A stretch of DNA of 64,000 nt. Source: a virus. The notes under the pieces are model-generated. The model ran no database searches and was not told the origin of the DNA. It worked only from the letters and a program-made list of their open reading frames with translations. Below, one piece after another: positions 36,984 through 47,449 of this stretch; the stretch's first letter is position 1, and each line of letters starts with the position of its first letter. The position numbers were made by a program, and so were the translations under genes. Where the stretch lies: positions 8,408-72,407 of the IMG/VR virus record IMGVR_UViG_3300020160_001428; one strand, given 5' to 3'.

Positions 36984-37660
36984 AATATTTCCTTTTCTGC
37001 ATCTGCAAACATTGCAGATATTGTATCAAACACTCCGCCAAAGTCATTAATATCATATTCTTTAGGCGGATTATTTTTATTTCCTAATACGGTAATATTA
37101 ATATCTTTATTTTTTAAAATGTAACTGTATGATAACATATCTTCTGCATATTTGTCATATGTATTTTTGTCATTAAATCCAAAACAATTATCAAATACTT
37201 TTGGAAATTTAAGGTATGGTCTTATAATTGCATCAAAAAGATAGCCATGAGAAACAAATTGGCATTCTTTGAATTGCTCTTTGCTAGGAAAATCTATATC
37301 AAGCGTTTTATCCAATGACGTTACTTGGATATCCGATAGCACAAAGTTCCAAGGTTCCGGAGATACTAATAGGGTAGACAGCCAACGTTCTTCTAATGTC
37401 AGTTGTGCTTTGAGAGCTCTGCCAATAAATCGATTGTTTCCTAATTCGATTCGTAGCTGTTGTATTTCTGTAATATTCCATAAGAATAACGGATCATATA
37501 TTTCATGAATATAATAATAAAACATTCCATTTAGGGCTGCCGGCCATGACCTATCTAAGGGCGGATTTATTAAAAACTGTAGTATATTATATTCGTTATA
37601 AGATGACAATGATCTATTTTTTAGAGAGGCAAGGACTTTTGCATTGTAGATATAAATCAT
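36980..37660 (-). CDS. Hypothetical protein
   Basis: 226 aa, ATGA-coupled at both ends. Confidence 0.65.
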   Translation of the reverse strand: MIYIYNAKVLASLKNRSLSSYNEYNILQFLINPPLDRSWPAALNGMFYYYIHEIYDPLFLWNITEIQQLRIELGNNRFIGRALKAQLTLEERWLSTLLVSPEPWNFVLSDIQVTSLDKTLDIDFPSKEQFKECQFVSHGYLFDAIIRPYLKFPKVFDNCFGFNDKNTYDKYAEDMLSYSYILKNKDINITVLGNKNNPPKEYDINDFGGVFDTISAMFADAEKEIL

Positions 37661-38592
37661 AGCATATCTCCAATTATATCATCAAGTGAATGTTTAGGAC
37701 TATAATCAATGGCTGCTTTAATCTTAGTCAAGTCAGGTACACGTTTATAGATATCACCGTGATGTTTACTAAATGCCTGTTCATAAGGCACTAACTGTAT
37801 TTTAGAATTCGAGCCAGATATAGCAATAACACGCTCTGCTAGTTGCTTAATACTGACTGGTTCATCATTACCAATGTTGAACAGCTCTCCGTTTATATCA
37901 GACAGTTTTATTAGAGCATCAACTGCATCACTAACGTGGCAGAAACTACGCACCTGTTCACCTGTACCATATACTATAATATCTTCGTTGTTCTTTGCGG
38001 CTTTGATCATACGGGGTAATACCATACCATAGTCACCTAGCTGTCCAGGGCCTACTACATTAAAGAACCGTACAATGGTAAATGGAAACTCACTAGCACG
38101 TATCATAAACTCTGTTGTCAGCTTGGCACTGGCATATCCCCAACGTAGTTTACTGCTAGGCCCAATGCTGGCATTGGCTTCTTCGTGGAAAGGACCTTCT
38201 CCGTAGATTTCACTTGTGCTAGAAAATGTCACGTGTCTGTTCCGTAGCTTTTGAAACAGGGGAATCATCTTGTTAGCCAGTGCAAGGTTGTTAAACAAAG
38301 TACCACTTGGATCTTTGTCTACATGTTCTACTCCCACACTTCCTGCAAGCATAAAGATTTTATCGTGCTTGCGAGCAATCTTAAGGAATTCATTATCGTC
38401 CATTGTAGTCAAATCAGCCTCAACAAATCTATAAAGATTTTTATGCTGTTTGAATTGTTCTAGACCTTCTTTGTTAGCAGTCTTAAGGTTATCAATAACT
38501 GTAACGCCAACATGACGTTCCTTAGAATCAAAGAGTGCTTTGGTCAGTTGCTGGCCTATGAAGCCCGCGCCTCCCAGAATTAAATAATTCAT
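37657..38592 (-). CDS. NAD-dependent epimerase/dehydratase (extended SDR)
   Basis: GGAGFIG, SSTSEIYG, YASAK, RFFNVVGP. Confidence 0.92.
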   Translation of the reverse strand: MNYLILGGAGFIGQQLTKALFDSKERHVGVTVIDNLKTANKEGLEQFKQHKNLYRFVEADLTTMDDNEFLKIARKHDKIFMLAGSVGVEHVDKDPSGTLFNNLALANKMIPLFQKLRNRHVTFSSTSEIYGEGPFHEEANASIGPSSKLRWGYASAKLTTEFMIRASEFPFTIVRFFNVVGPGQLGDYGMVLPRMIKAAKNNEDIIVYGTGEQVRSFCHVSDAVDALIKLSDINGELFNIGNDEPVSIKQLAERVIAISGSNSKIQLVPYEQAFSKHHGDIYKRVPDLTKIKAAIDYSPKHSLDDIIGDML

Positions 38593-39160
38593 AAATTTGT
38601 CCTAATGTTATTTCCTCAATGGGTATCTGCTTGCAATCTGCCATTGCTTCTACCACATCATCTATGTGTGCAATATAATGCATTTTATCTGGATCAGTTG
38701 GCACATACGCTGTACCGTCTATGCACCTTTGTATAAAACTATCCGAGCTTGCGCCAGGACCGTATACACTAGGTATACGATAATTGATGTAACTAGCTAC
38801 TCCAGCACTATGTTCTAAATAAACTTCCATACATCTCTTAGCTATATTATACGCTGTTTGCGGACCTTTGTCAACTCCTATTAACTTAGCGCCTTGACTA
38901 CTAGCATTAACAAAAAATGCCGTTGGACATACAGCTAGTGCCTTTCGAGTAGCATCCATAATAGTATCCATTACTTCTCTAGGATTACTATTCATGTACT
39001 CAGTTGAACTTGGACAGGCCAAATGATATACCATATCACATTCTATTTGTTTAAAGGAGCGGTCGATAGGATATACTATATGTCCTCGACGAACTAGACT
39101 TTCAACTAATCTAGTTCCAATAAATCCTGTTGCTCCCGTTACTGCTACTTTCCTTACCAT
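38528..39160 (-). CDS. NAD-dependent epimerase/dehydratase (short)
   Basis: TGATGFIG, YHLA, YNIAK, VYGP. Confidence 0.8.
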   Translation of the reverse strand: MVRKVAVTGATGFIGTRLVESLVRRGHIVYPIDRSFKQIECDMVYHLACPSSTEYMNSNPREVMDTIMDATRKALAVCPTAFFVNASSQGAKLIGVDKGPQTAYNIAKRCMEVYLEHSAGVASYINYRIPSVYGPGASSDSFIQRCIDGTAYVPTDPDKMHYIAHIDDVVEAMADCKQIPIEEITLGQIYELFNSGRRGLHRPATDQSTL

Positions 39161-39624
39161 GGTGCGTTATCCCATCCTAATCTTATAAATCTAACTCCAG
39201 TGTCCTGTAATCCATATTTGATTGTTCTAATAAATGAACGCCCTGTCTCTGGGGTAAACAAAGGAATGTCTAAGGCATTAGTGAGCAAGTTATCATCGTC
39301 AACTAAGTGCCCGCGACCGCAGATACTATAACAACCATTGTGCCCAGCATTAACAAAGATAATACTACCGTTATGTTCTGCCCAACCTTTAATATTGAGT
39401 TTGATTTGTTCGTATGCTTTATACAATACAAAGCCCGCAACTCCGTATATTATAACACGCTTTCCTTGACTTGCAAGGCCTGCCGCTATGTTAACCATAT
39501 TAGGTTCTTGTACGCCGCAGTTGATTATTTTATAGTTGCCGTCAGTCCACTTCCACATGTCTGCATGTAGAAAGTAAACTTCTCCTGGATAACGATTTAA
39601 AAATTTATGTAAAGTTGCTCTCAT
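39154..39624 (-). CDS. Transketolase pyrimidine-binding domain (stand-alone)
   Basis: INCGVQEPNMVNIAAGLA, YEQIK, FIRL. Confidence 0.8.
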   Translation of the reverse strand: MRATLHKFLNRYPGEVYFLHADMWKWTDGNYKIINCGVQEPNMVNIAAGLASQGKRVIIYGVAGFVLYKAYEQIKLNIKGWAEHNGSIIFVNAGHNGCYSICGRGHLVDDDNLLTNALDIPLFTPETGRSFIRTIKYGLQDTGVRFIRLGWDNAPW

Positions 39625-40885
39625 CTTCTAACCATTTATAGTATAGCGTTCCTCTGTGTATGTCAATTAGTTCTTGTGGGTTTACTGTGTCAGCTGGTCG
39701 AGCTACATCATCTCTAAAGCCAGATAATACATAATCCCACGCTTCCGCTGGAAATATATCAATTTCTTTACGATCCTCTACAGGGACGGTTTTGTAATGA
39801 TTCCAGTAGTCGTTGTCTCGTTTAGAATATTTGTAGTGGGCAATGATAAAATTCATTACGGAATCAAATTCATCATTTGTCTCTGCATTGTATTCATCTT
39901 CTTCAAGTGTGCCATTAATATATGCTGTTAATCTTTTTAGTGCAGAAGTTACCAAATATAATCCAGTTGATTCGATCGGCTCAATGAACGCAGACGCTAG
40001 TCCAATGGCAACTATATTATCTTTCAAGTGTATTTTGTTTCTGCCTGTAGTCATTGAAACAGATCCAATTTGATGCGGTTCTACAGTAATATGAAACTTA
40101 TCCTGTGCATACTTAATAAAATCATCCAATACATCGTATTTGCTGTCATGTACATATCCAATAGCTAGCTCAGTACCTAACGGAATATTCCATATCCAAC
40201 CATGCGGCATTGCTTTGAATATACTATATGGTTTACATTGCATTTCTTTATCAGTATATGCGTGTCTAAAGACCAATGCACGATTGTTTGGTATTTTATC
40301 TGCAATACTTACAAAGTTATCCGGCCATGAGGCTACATATCTCCCAAAACCAGTGCTATCAATAAGAAGATCACATGTTCCTTCTACATCTTTTAAAGTT
40401 ACAAATTTGCGTATAATTGTTAAATTAGGAATACTAGGCGCTAGTGTATCCATATAGGCTAACAGTTCAGTGGCTCTAAAATGCACAGAAATATCTTTGT
40501 ATTCTAAAATATTATCGGGTATCTTATCAGTTGCTATTATCTTATCTATACTTGAACTGTTGTACCTGTCAGTCTGTCCTACTCCAAACGGAAATGTAAA
40601 ACTTTCTCCGTTTTGATTAAAGTCTTGAAACTTAATTCCAAGTTTAAGTGTGCCATTACAGTGATTAATAACATCCTTGTGAGAGATGCCAAGATCGTTT
40701 AGAAATTGACTTACGTCTGGTATAAGAGCTTCACCAACCCCTATAGGTTTGTTCTCTTCGGGATATATCCAAGTAATTTCTTTGTCAGGATATTGCTTTG
40801 ACAAATAGAATGCTGTTAGGTATCCTGAAGTTCCTGCACCAACGATTGTAATTCGGTTAATGTTTCTATCTTTTTGTAATGCCAT
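39605..40885 (-). CDS. Flavin-dependent tryptophan halogenase-like protein
   Basis: VGAGTSG, IGVGEA, LKLGIKF, DSTGF, GWIWNIPL, IGLASAFIEPIESTG. Confidence 0.88.
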   Translation of the reverse strand: MALQKDRNINRITIVGAGTSGYLTAFYLSKQYPDKEITWIYPEENKPIGVGEALIPDVSQFLNDLGISHKDVINHCNGTLKLGIKFQDFNQNGESFTFPFGVGQTDRYNSSSIDKIIATDKIPDNILEYKDISVHFRATELLAYMDTLAPSIPNLTIIRKFVTLKDVEGTCDLLIDSTGFGRYVASWPDNFVSIADKIPNNRALVFRHAYTDKEMQCKPYSIFKAMPHGWIWNIPLGTELAIGYVHDSKYDVLDDFIKYAQDKFHITVEPHQIGSVSMTTGRNKIHLKDNIVAIGLASAFIEPIESTGLYLVTSALKRLTAYINGTLEEDEYNAETNDEFDSVMNFIIAHYKYSKRDNDYWNHYKTVPVEDRKEIDIFPAEAWDYVLSGFRDDVARPADTVNPQELIDIHRGTLYYKWLEDESNFT

Positions 40886-41532
40886 TTTTTAATATCCTGT
40901 TGTATACTAGTAACTCCGTGTCCTTTATGCGTATGAAAAATATACACATTAGGCACTGTATCTACAGCATTGTTATATGCTGTTAAAATCTTTGTCCTAT
41001 CATGTCCATCTACTTCTTGCACAAACCAGCTGTATTCTTTAAAGAACTGAATAGTAGGTTTAATTTTTAAAACGTCACTGACGTTTCCCGTAACTTGTGC
41101 ATTGTTATAATCAATAGTTAAGAATATATTCTTAATATTATGATGCCCGATAAACTGGATAGCTTCTAAGGTATTACCCATTTGTAGTGCGGCGTCGCTA
41201 ATGTTGACCCACACACGCTTATCTGTAGTCATAGCAATACCAATGGCAACACCGAGTGCATTGCCCATTGTTTCTTCACCATAGTCTACAAATACAATTT
41301 CATCGTGTTTGACTCCTACACTTAGGTCTTCGATCTTATCTAAGAAGCCTAATTTCTGCCATACTAGATAGTATAACTGTGCTCCAAATGGTTTGCCTAT
41401 TACAATATGATCTTTGTAAGGTACAACAATCTGTTCTGTGAACAATACATCAACATAGTCAAGCATACTCATAGCACTGGCGATATGACTTAGGCCATTT
41501 TGATAAGAATATTCAAGTAGCTGACGTTTCAT
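40816..41532 (-). CDS. Transketolase N-terminal (TPP-binding) subunit
   Basis: SHIASAMS, MGNALGVAIG, SDAALQMG...IDYN, VDGHD, THKGHGV. Confidence 0.8.
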   Translation of the reverse strand: MKRQLLEYSYQNGLSHIASAMSMLDYVDVLFTEQIVVPYKDHIVIGKPFGAQLYYLVWQKLGFLDKIEDLSVGVKHDEIVFVDYGEETMGNALGVAIGIAMTTDKRVWVNISDAALQMGNTLEAIQFIGHHNIKNIFLTIDYNNAQVTGNVSDVLKIKPTIQFFKEYSWFVQEVDGHDRTKILTAYNNAVDTVPNVYIFHTHKGHGVTSIQQDIKKWHYKKIETLTELQSLVQELQDT

Positions 41533-42107
41533 TTTGGAATTAACTTTCCCATAGTTAACTTGTCTAGCGGATATTCTAATATTCCAGATTTAAAATTTAG
41601 AATTGCATCTATAGTTTTGGCTACAAAGACATCAACATCTAAATATAGATCTTCAAAAGGTATGTCTGTATAGTCCTTACGTAATATCCTAGGCTGTAGT
41701 CTATCTGATTTCATTGCCGTAACGTCTGCTAGTCTTGTACTGTATATTGTGCCAATTCGCAATATTAAATAGTCGTCGCAATTATATTTGATATAGTTTT
41801 CTAAATAGAATTTACCAAGATTGTAACTAGTACTGCCAGAGTGATCTAATATTAGATCGTCAACGCCAGTTGTACTAGCAAATACAATTGGCATATCTAA
41901 TCTATCAACTAATTTAATTGTTTCTCTAACATACTGATGCATGACATGTGCGTCATGCTGTGACAAATGGCTGTGTGTAAATGTAGGACTGCCAAGGTGC
42001 AGATACATGTCAATATTCTGTGTACCGTCTACCCATTCTATTTCAGTTCGTTCTCTTAATTTGCTAGCTAGGAATCCGCCCCAGCCTGATAATCCAACTT
42101 TTTTCAT
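41529..42107 (-). CDS. Short SDR/epimerase-like protein
   Basis: GWGGFLA, FASTT, YNLGK, LRIGTIY. Confidence 0.65.
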   Translation of the reverse strand: MKKVGLSGWGGFLASKLRERTEIEWVDGTQNIDMYLHLGSPTFTHSHLSQHDAHVMHQYVRETIKLVDRLDMPIVFASTTGVDDLILDHSGSTSYNLGKFYLENYIKYNCDDYLILRIGTIYSTRLADVTAMKSDRLQPRILRKDYTDIPFEDLYLDVDVFVAKTIDAILNFKSGILEYPLDKLTMGKLIPK

Positions 42108-43189
42108 ATTGATACTGTTCCTGGTTTTCTAGATAGGTAAAAGTCTCCGCCGCAGTAATCCCACCGGCAGACAGTTCCTGTTTTAAATAATATAGATAAT
42201 TTAGTTATTGCTAACTTGTCTGTTACTAGATTAGTATATGGCACTTCGGGCGCACTATCGCGAATGAAGTTTGTCATATGTATTCCGCAATGGAACACAT
42301 TGCCGTCACCGTTGATAGTTATAGACTCTTGTCCTGCCGCACACTTCCAGCCACGTGCATCTATGCCCAATTTAAATAGATCATTTGTGGTGTATATTAC
42401 ATCGTCGATTTCGTATCGTTGTTCTGTTTTGTTGTGTTGCTTATAAAATGCCATATGCTTTTCTGCAACATCTTCTGGATATACATAATGACAGAAGCCA
42501 TAGATCATTTCGCAGTTTTGTATTTTTTCATATTCTAAATAGGAAACAACTTTGGCATAAAACTCTTCAGGAATAACTTCTACAGTCTTTCCCTGATACC
42601 ATCGATCGCCGCGTTCAACGTTCTCCATCATAATATCCATGTTGTGGATAGGAATGCCTAGCTCTTTAAGCACTTCCCAGTTATGGTCGAAGTCTTTAAG
42701 TTTATTCATCCGCTTGAGTTCTAAGTAGTGGAAACTAGCATTAAATTGATCACAGTACGGAAGCATAGCACGTAGCTTATCTTCTTTAATAGTAAGATTA
42801 GTCTGCATCTCGTTGTATGCATTAATACCAGTCTCGGCACCCTTTTGATGTATATACTTTAGAATGTCTAAGCAACGAGGATGTCTAGTAGGTTCTCCTC
42901 CGTGATAGTAAAACAACACGGATTTAAATCCTTGTTTTTGAAAAAACTCAAACAATTTATCAACTGTTATAATAATATCTTCGTATGTGTAATGTTTTCC
43001 GCTATGCCAGTGACAGTAATTACATTTTAGATCACATGCTTCTGTAATACGGAATGTGACCATATAGTCGTAGTCTATACCACCTTGCTCGAGGTTGCTG
43101 AGCATGTTATAGGACCGCAGTGGTTTAATTTGCCCAACTTGCATGTCTTCTTTATGTCTAACTACTTTGAGTTTTTTCCAATCTGCCAT
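42104..43189 (-). CDS. Radical SAM protein with Twitch/SPASM-like C-terminus
   Basis: CDLKCNYC, HGGEPT; CAAG...GNVFHC...CRWDYC. Confidence 0.9.
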   Translation of the reverse strand: MADWKKLKVVRHKEDMQVGQIKPLRSYNMLSNLEQGGIDYDYMVTFRITEACDLKCNYCHWHSGKHYTYEDIIITVDKLFEFFQKQGFKSVLFYYHGGEPTRHPRCLDILKYIHQKGAETGINAYNEMQTNLTIKEDKLRAMLPYCDQFNASFHYLELKRMNKLKDFDHNWEVLKELGIPIHNMDIMMENVERGDRWYQGKTVEVIPEEFYAKVVSYLEYEKIQNCEMIYGFCHYVYPEDVAEKHMAFYKQHNKTEQRYEIDDVIYTTNDLFKLGIDARGWKCAAGQESITINGDGNVFHCGIHMTNFIRDSAPEVPYTNLVTDKLAITKLSILFKTGTVCRWDYCGGDFYLSRKPGTVSI

Positions 43190-43207
43190 TTATATTATCC
43201 TTGTGCT

Positions 43208-43236
43208 ATTGTAAACTATTTGCAGTTAATTGTCAA
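43208..43236 (-). promoter_or_regulatory. Sigma70-type promoter TTGACA-N17-TACAAT
   Basis: Internal promoter for the distal half of the island. Confidence 0.7.
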
Positions 43237-44068
43237 CCTGATTGTAAAAAAACAGGAACTGAGGTATAAAGCAAACAGCATTGCCCAATTTGACTTCTAC
43301 TACCTCCCCTTTAAATTTTCCAGTTGGATCACTTTTAGGAATAAAGTTAAATTTTGAATTCGTGTTCTTTAAAGCAGGAAGTGTTGTTGTTTTATATTTG
43401 GATTGTAAATGTAACAGTTCTATTCGTGTCATATGTTCTAATTTAGATTTTGAATCAGTGTCAATACTATCAAACTCTACGTTTTCGACCACTTGATATA
43501 GATCATCAACTTTGTTTAAAAATATTCCACTGCTAACTAATTCGTCAAATAGTTCTCGAGCTTCACTAACAGTAATAAACTCGTAGTCATTGTTGTAGAC
43601 AAAACTTTTAAAATAATCTAAGAGATCGTTAGAGGAATCAAAATGCTTGCGGGCAATTGCTTCTAAGTTATCAAATCTGTTTTGAAATTGCGTGTCTTTC
43701 CAGTCTTTCCATATAAAATCTAAGAAGTAATCTCGATTGCATGTCACACTGTCTGCCCACCATAGTCTATGAAATATAGTTCTTGCAAAACAATTGGCTT
43801 GGAACACAAATTCATTTAATTCCAAGTAAGCGCATTTATCTTTATACATGAGAGTTTCACAGATTATATCAAAGAATGGAACGTTATGTTCAGTTAGATG
43901 ATAGGTATTAATTTCATTGTGAGCGCATCTGGGTTTTATTTGATGTGTTGGATATCTACTGTTGAGATCAACTGCTCTTGCTGTTTTTATACCTTGTATA
44001 AAATTGACAATACTATTAAACTCAGAGCTTTCTAAGTATTCAGTAGTGTTTACGTTGTAAGGAGTCAT
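43226..44068 (-). CDS. Hypothetical protein
   Basis: 280 aa in operon. Confidence 0.65.
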   Translation of the reverse strand: MTPYNVNTTEYLESSEFNSIVNFIQGIKTARAVDLNSRYPTHQIKPRCAHNEINTYHLTEHNVPFFDIICETLMYKDKCAYLELNEFVFQANCFARTIFHRLWWADSVTCNRDYFLDFIWKDWKDTQFQNRFDNLEAIARKHFDSSNDLLDYFKSFVYNNDYEFITVSEARELFDELVSSGIFLNKVDDLYQVVENVEFDSIDTDSKSKLEHMTRIELLHLQSKYKTTTLPALKNTNSKFNFIPKSDPTGKFKGEVVEVKLGNAVCFIPQFLFFYNQVDN

Positions 44069-44865
44069 TCTTTGCTCCTTAAGAAAAATCTCATTAACTC
44101 TCCATAAAACTCGTCATCTGTCATTTCTCTTCCGGTTATTTTAAAACTTTTTACTCCCATTGCAATTAGTCGTTGCATGGCATCGGGTTTAATATCCATA
44201 CAATCATACTTGCTGTCTCTACTAGGATCAAACTTTGGTAGCCAACATTCTTCTACTTCTGCGCTGTATGGTCTGCCTGCGGTGTTTTCATCAGCAATGG
44301 CTTTAAAGTGTTGATCCCAATATTTGCAACCCCATATACAAGTGTCGTTCAACATGACTTCCCACTTGGAGCAGTCAAGCTCAGTTGCTCTAGGATCAAA
44401 TATGTGTTCAAATCTTGGCACTATCCAATCGTATTTGCTTTCAAGGTCTTTGTACCATGCAATATCAGAATCCTGTAATGGTATATTAAGTAGGCCCATT
44501 CCTGTTATGCTATAGATTAGATCGTATTTGGGAAAGTGTGTTCTCACATACTGACGTAGATCATCATTGACTATGATTAAAGAGTTACCTTCTCTGTGAA
44601 ATTTTTCTAGTAGATGGTTTCCTGTCTCGTCATCTAAATTGATCTTGTGATTGCTCATGGTAAGAGCGATGCTTACATTTTTATTATAATAATAATTAAT
44701 TAAAGCATCGTTATAGAACACGTCTCGATTTATTCGACCACCGTTCCATCGACACTTATTGATGCCATCATAGACTACTAGATTGTCTAGACTCGTGGCC
44801 TTATTTCCTAAAAATTTAATTAAAGGAATGGACTTACTAAATGCTCCTGCTATTAAATATCTCAT
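44065..44865 (-). CDS. Peptidase U32-like (Fe-S) protein
   Basis: WNGGR, EVMLNDTCIWGC...H...C, GVKSFKITGR. Confidence 0.65.
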   Translation of the reverse strand: MRYLIAGAFSKSIPLIKFLGNKATSLDNLVVYDGINKCRWNGGRINRDVFYNDALINYYYNKNVSIALTMSNHKINLDDETGNHLLEKFHREGNSLIIVNDDLRQYVRTHFPKYDLIYSITGMGLLNIPLQDSDIAWYKDLESKYDWIVPRFEHIFDPRATELDCSKWEVMLNDTCIWGCKYWDQHFKAIADENTAGRPYSAEVEECWLPKFDPSRDSKYDCMDIKPDAMQRLIAMGVKSFKITGREMTDDEFYGELMRFFLRSKE

Positions 44866-44872
44866 TTGTTTC

Positions 44873-45622
44873 TCACATTAAGAAGCATTTATTTTTTGGA
44901 CAAATGCCGTCTGTTTTTATTCTATAACAACAATTATACATTTCCAATTGCGGACTGTATAAAAAGTACTTGTCTTTGTATAAACAAGGTTTTCCCTTTG
45001 GGCTAAATGTCACACTGGCCCAAACTTCAGATCTAGGTTTACCCAACCGAGTTACTTCTTCAAATTTTATAATCTTACTATAGGCCGGGTCATTTTTTAA
45101 TTTAAGATATTCTTGCAATGCAATATTGCTTCGACCATCACCAAAATCTGTAATAGGCGTTAGATACACGTTGCCGGTTTTGGTATGTTCTTTTACCTTA
45201 AGATAATACCATATTGCTTCTTTGCCGCTAAACATTACATCGATTACCCTACAGGTAATATTTTCTTTAAGGATGTCTTCTATATCTTCATGGCTAACTT
45301 CAGTTGGATGTATGCTAGCCTGCAGGGTATAAGGCTCGCTAATGGTTTTCATTACTTCAATGCTGTGTTTGCTAAGATTAGTCTGAATGACAAATGGTAT
45401 TTGAAATTCATTAAAGCACTTAATAATATATCCAATTTCAGGATGCACAAATGGTTCGCCACCAAAGACAAATACCTCAACGCCCGGATACGTATCTCCT
45501 AGCATCTTGACAAATGTTCTTAGTGTGTTGTGATCTGTAACATGATGTATACTTTTGTCCAAGTTGGAACAATAGTAACAGTTGTAGTTACATTTCATAG
45601 TGACTTCCCATTCAACTTGCAT
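44873..45622 (-). CDS. Radical SAM protein
   Basis: CNYNCYYC, GGEPF, QTN; C-terminal Cys cluster. Confidence 0.9.
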   Translation of the reverse strand: MQVEWEVTMKCNYNCYYCSNLDKSIHHVTDHNTLRTFVKMLGDTYPGVEVFVFGGEPFVHPEIGYIIKCFNEFQIPFVIQTNLSKHSIEVMKTISEPYTLQASIHPTEVSHEDIEDILKENITCRVIDVMFSGKEAIWYYLKVKEHTKTGNVYLTPITDFGDGRSNIALQEYLKLKNDPAYSKIIKFEEVTRLGKPRSEVWASVTFSPKGKPCLYKDKYFLYSPQLEMYNCCYRIKTDGICPKNKCFLM

Positions 45623-46520
45623 TCTTTACCTTAAGTTGTTTTAGTAGCCCGTCACAGTTGCAGGCCTTATGCGGACAAATCATGGGAATTGTTTTAGTGA
45701 TGTTTTTAAAGAAATCTGGATTACGCAATAGATTTACGTCATCTTCTTTTGCTAGACAAAACTTTACTACATTTCCACGCACATCAATTTCATAGTTGTT
45801 GTTATAGCAACTCCAACCTTTAAAATTAGTTAGTCCTTGTTGAAAGACTTGATAATCATTAAACCGGTCGTTGTCATAGGCTAGATCTTTTTCTATTTCA
45901 TCTTCAAAGAACTTAAAGTATTCCCAAAATTCTTTGCGATAGTTAAACAATTTCTGTATAGTATTTCCGTAGATAAAATGAGGGTGTATTTTGAGTCCAG
46001 GTATTCCCTTGCAAATTTCATACATTTCTTTTATCTGTGGCCACAGTCGTTTATCGTGGTGTAGCATAATATTAACTTTACACTTGTACCCACGTTCAAC
46101 CATGTGTTTCATGTTGTTGACAAATCTAACAGGGTCAGTGCAATCAGCAGGATGATAGCTGAATAAAAATGCTAACCTATCATAGTGTGGATGAGTTGTT
46201 AAATCCTTTTCAGCATTAGTTACTACGTAGACAAATTGAAACTTTTCTAATGCAGAAATCTTATCTAGTATATAATAGTAGTGTGGTCCGATAGTGGGTT
46301 CTCCACCTAGTAGGCCCAAGTTGAAAGGCAGGCTACTTCTATCCAGTGCTTCAATAACGCCGTCGATAGTCTGCTTGCTAGATATTTTACCCCACTCTTT
46401 TCCATACTCGTTTCGAGCATAGCAGTAGGAACAATGCAGTTGGCAAATGGTCAAACTATCCCAATGTACATTAATGTGATCAGGATCTTGTTGTATATGA
46501 TGTTGTTTTACGTAGTCCAT
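45612..46520 (-). CDS. Radical SAM protein
   Basis: CQLHCSYC, GGEPT; FKGWSC...C...CPHKACNC. Confidence 0.9.
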   Translation of the reverse strand: MDYVKQHHIQQDPDHINVHWDSLTICQLHCSYCYARNEYGKEWGKISSKQTIDGVIEALDRSSLPFNLGLLGGEPTIGPHYYYILDKISALEKFQFVYVVTNAEKDLTTHPHYDRLAFLFSYHPADCTDPVRFVNNMKHMVERGYKCKVNIMLHHDKRLWPQIKEMYEICKGIPGLKIHPHFIYGNTIQKLFNYRKEFWEYFKFFEDEIEKDLAYDNDRFNDYQVFQQGLTNFKGWSCYNNNYEIDVRGNVVKFCLAKEDDVNLLRNPDFFKNITKTIPMICPHKACNCDGLLKQLKVKNAS

Positions 46521-47449
46521 GATCTCTCTTTATAGTAGTTGGTCATTCTTCTCGATGGGCAGATGTCATTTGGACACGTTTCTTTTTTAACAATATCTCC
46601 GCCTAGATATAAAGGTAACTTCTTTCCAGTACAGGTAATATCAATAGTGCCATCTATCCTAACCGTTAAACTTGCAGGAGTACAGGTATAACCTTTAAAC
46701 TTATTTAGGCCTTGATATTCTATCTCGTAATCTTTTAATATTCTTTGACTGCCGTCATCAAAGGTACAGTCAACTTCTTCAAAGTAGGTCCACCCTCCCA
46801 TTGCACCGTCTGTGTTTTCAGCTTCTTCCAAGTATGTATGAAATGTGTTAAAAAATTCATCTGTATAGTTTGGGGTAAAGTCTTGTGTTGGTGCTAGTAT
46901 GCAAGGCTTAAATTCAATATTGTTAGTCTTTAAGAAATTAAGAAACTCTAAGGTAGTTGTCCATAATGCAGTATCGTCACTCATACTGACATGTACTGAG
47001 AATCGTATATCGGGCAATTTGTTTATTTCTAAACATTTATTAAAAAACTTAGGGTGTGCATACTGTGGATGATAGGAAGCAAATACAACCAATTTTCCTG
47101 CGCCTATATTACTGAGGGTATCATAAAACTCGACAGGTTTAACCAAATTAGTAAAAAATGATATGTCCTGACATTGCTCCATATCAGCTAATCCTTGAAC
47201 AACTTCTTGCACATAAGGATATAACGTAGGTTCACCTCCGGTAATGCAGATATTAAATGGCATCTTAATGTTATTCAGTCGGGCTAATGTTATTTGGTGA
47301 TTAGCAGTATGATCGGGTTTTGAAAAGTCGTTAGACAATGATCTCAGAACTGGACAGTACGAGCATTTAAAATTGCACCAGTTAGTTAATGGCCAGTCAA
47401 TAAAGAGGCGTTCTACTGGTCTTCCACAACTAAGAATTGGGTTTATCAA
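46508..47449 (-). CDS. Radical SAM protein
   Basis: CNFKCSYC, TGGEPT; FKGYTC...C...CPNDIC. Confidence 0.9.
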   Translation of the reverse strand: MINPILSCGRPVERLFIDWPLTNWCNFKCSYCPVLRSLSNDFSKPDHTANHQITLARLNNIKMPFNICITGGEPTLYPYVQEVVQGLADMEQCQDISFFTNLVKPVEFYDTLSNIGAGKLVVFASYHPQYAHPKFFNKCLEINKLPDIRFSVHVSMSDDTALWTTTLEFLNFLKTNNIEFKPCILAPTQDFTPNYTDEFFNTFHTYLEEAENTDGAMGGWTYFEEVDCTFDDGSQRILKDYEIEYQGLNKFKGYTCTPASLTVRIDGTIDITCTGKKLPLYLGGDIVKKETCPNDICPSRRMTNYYKERSWTT

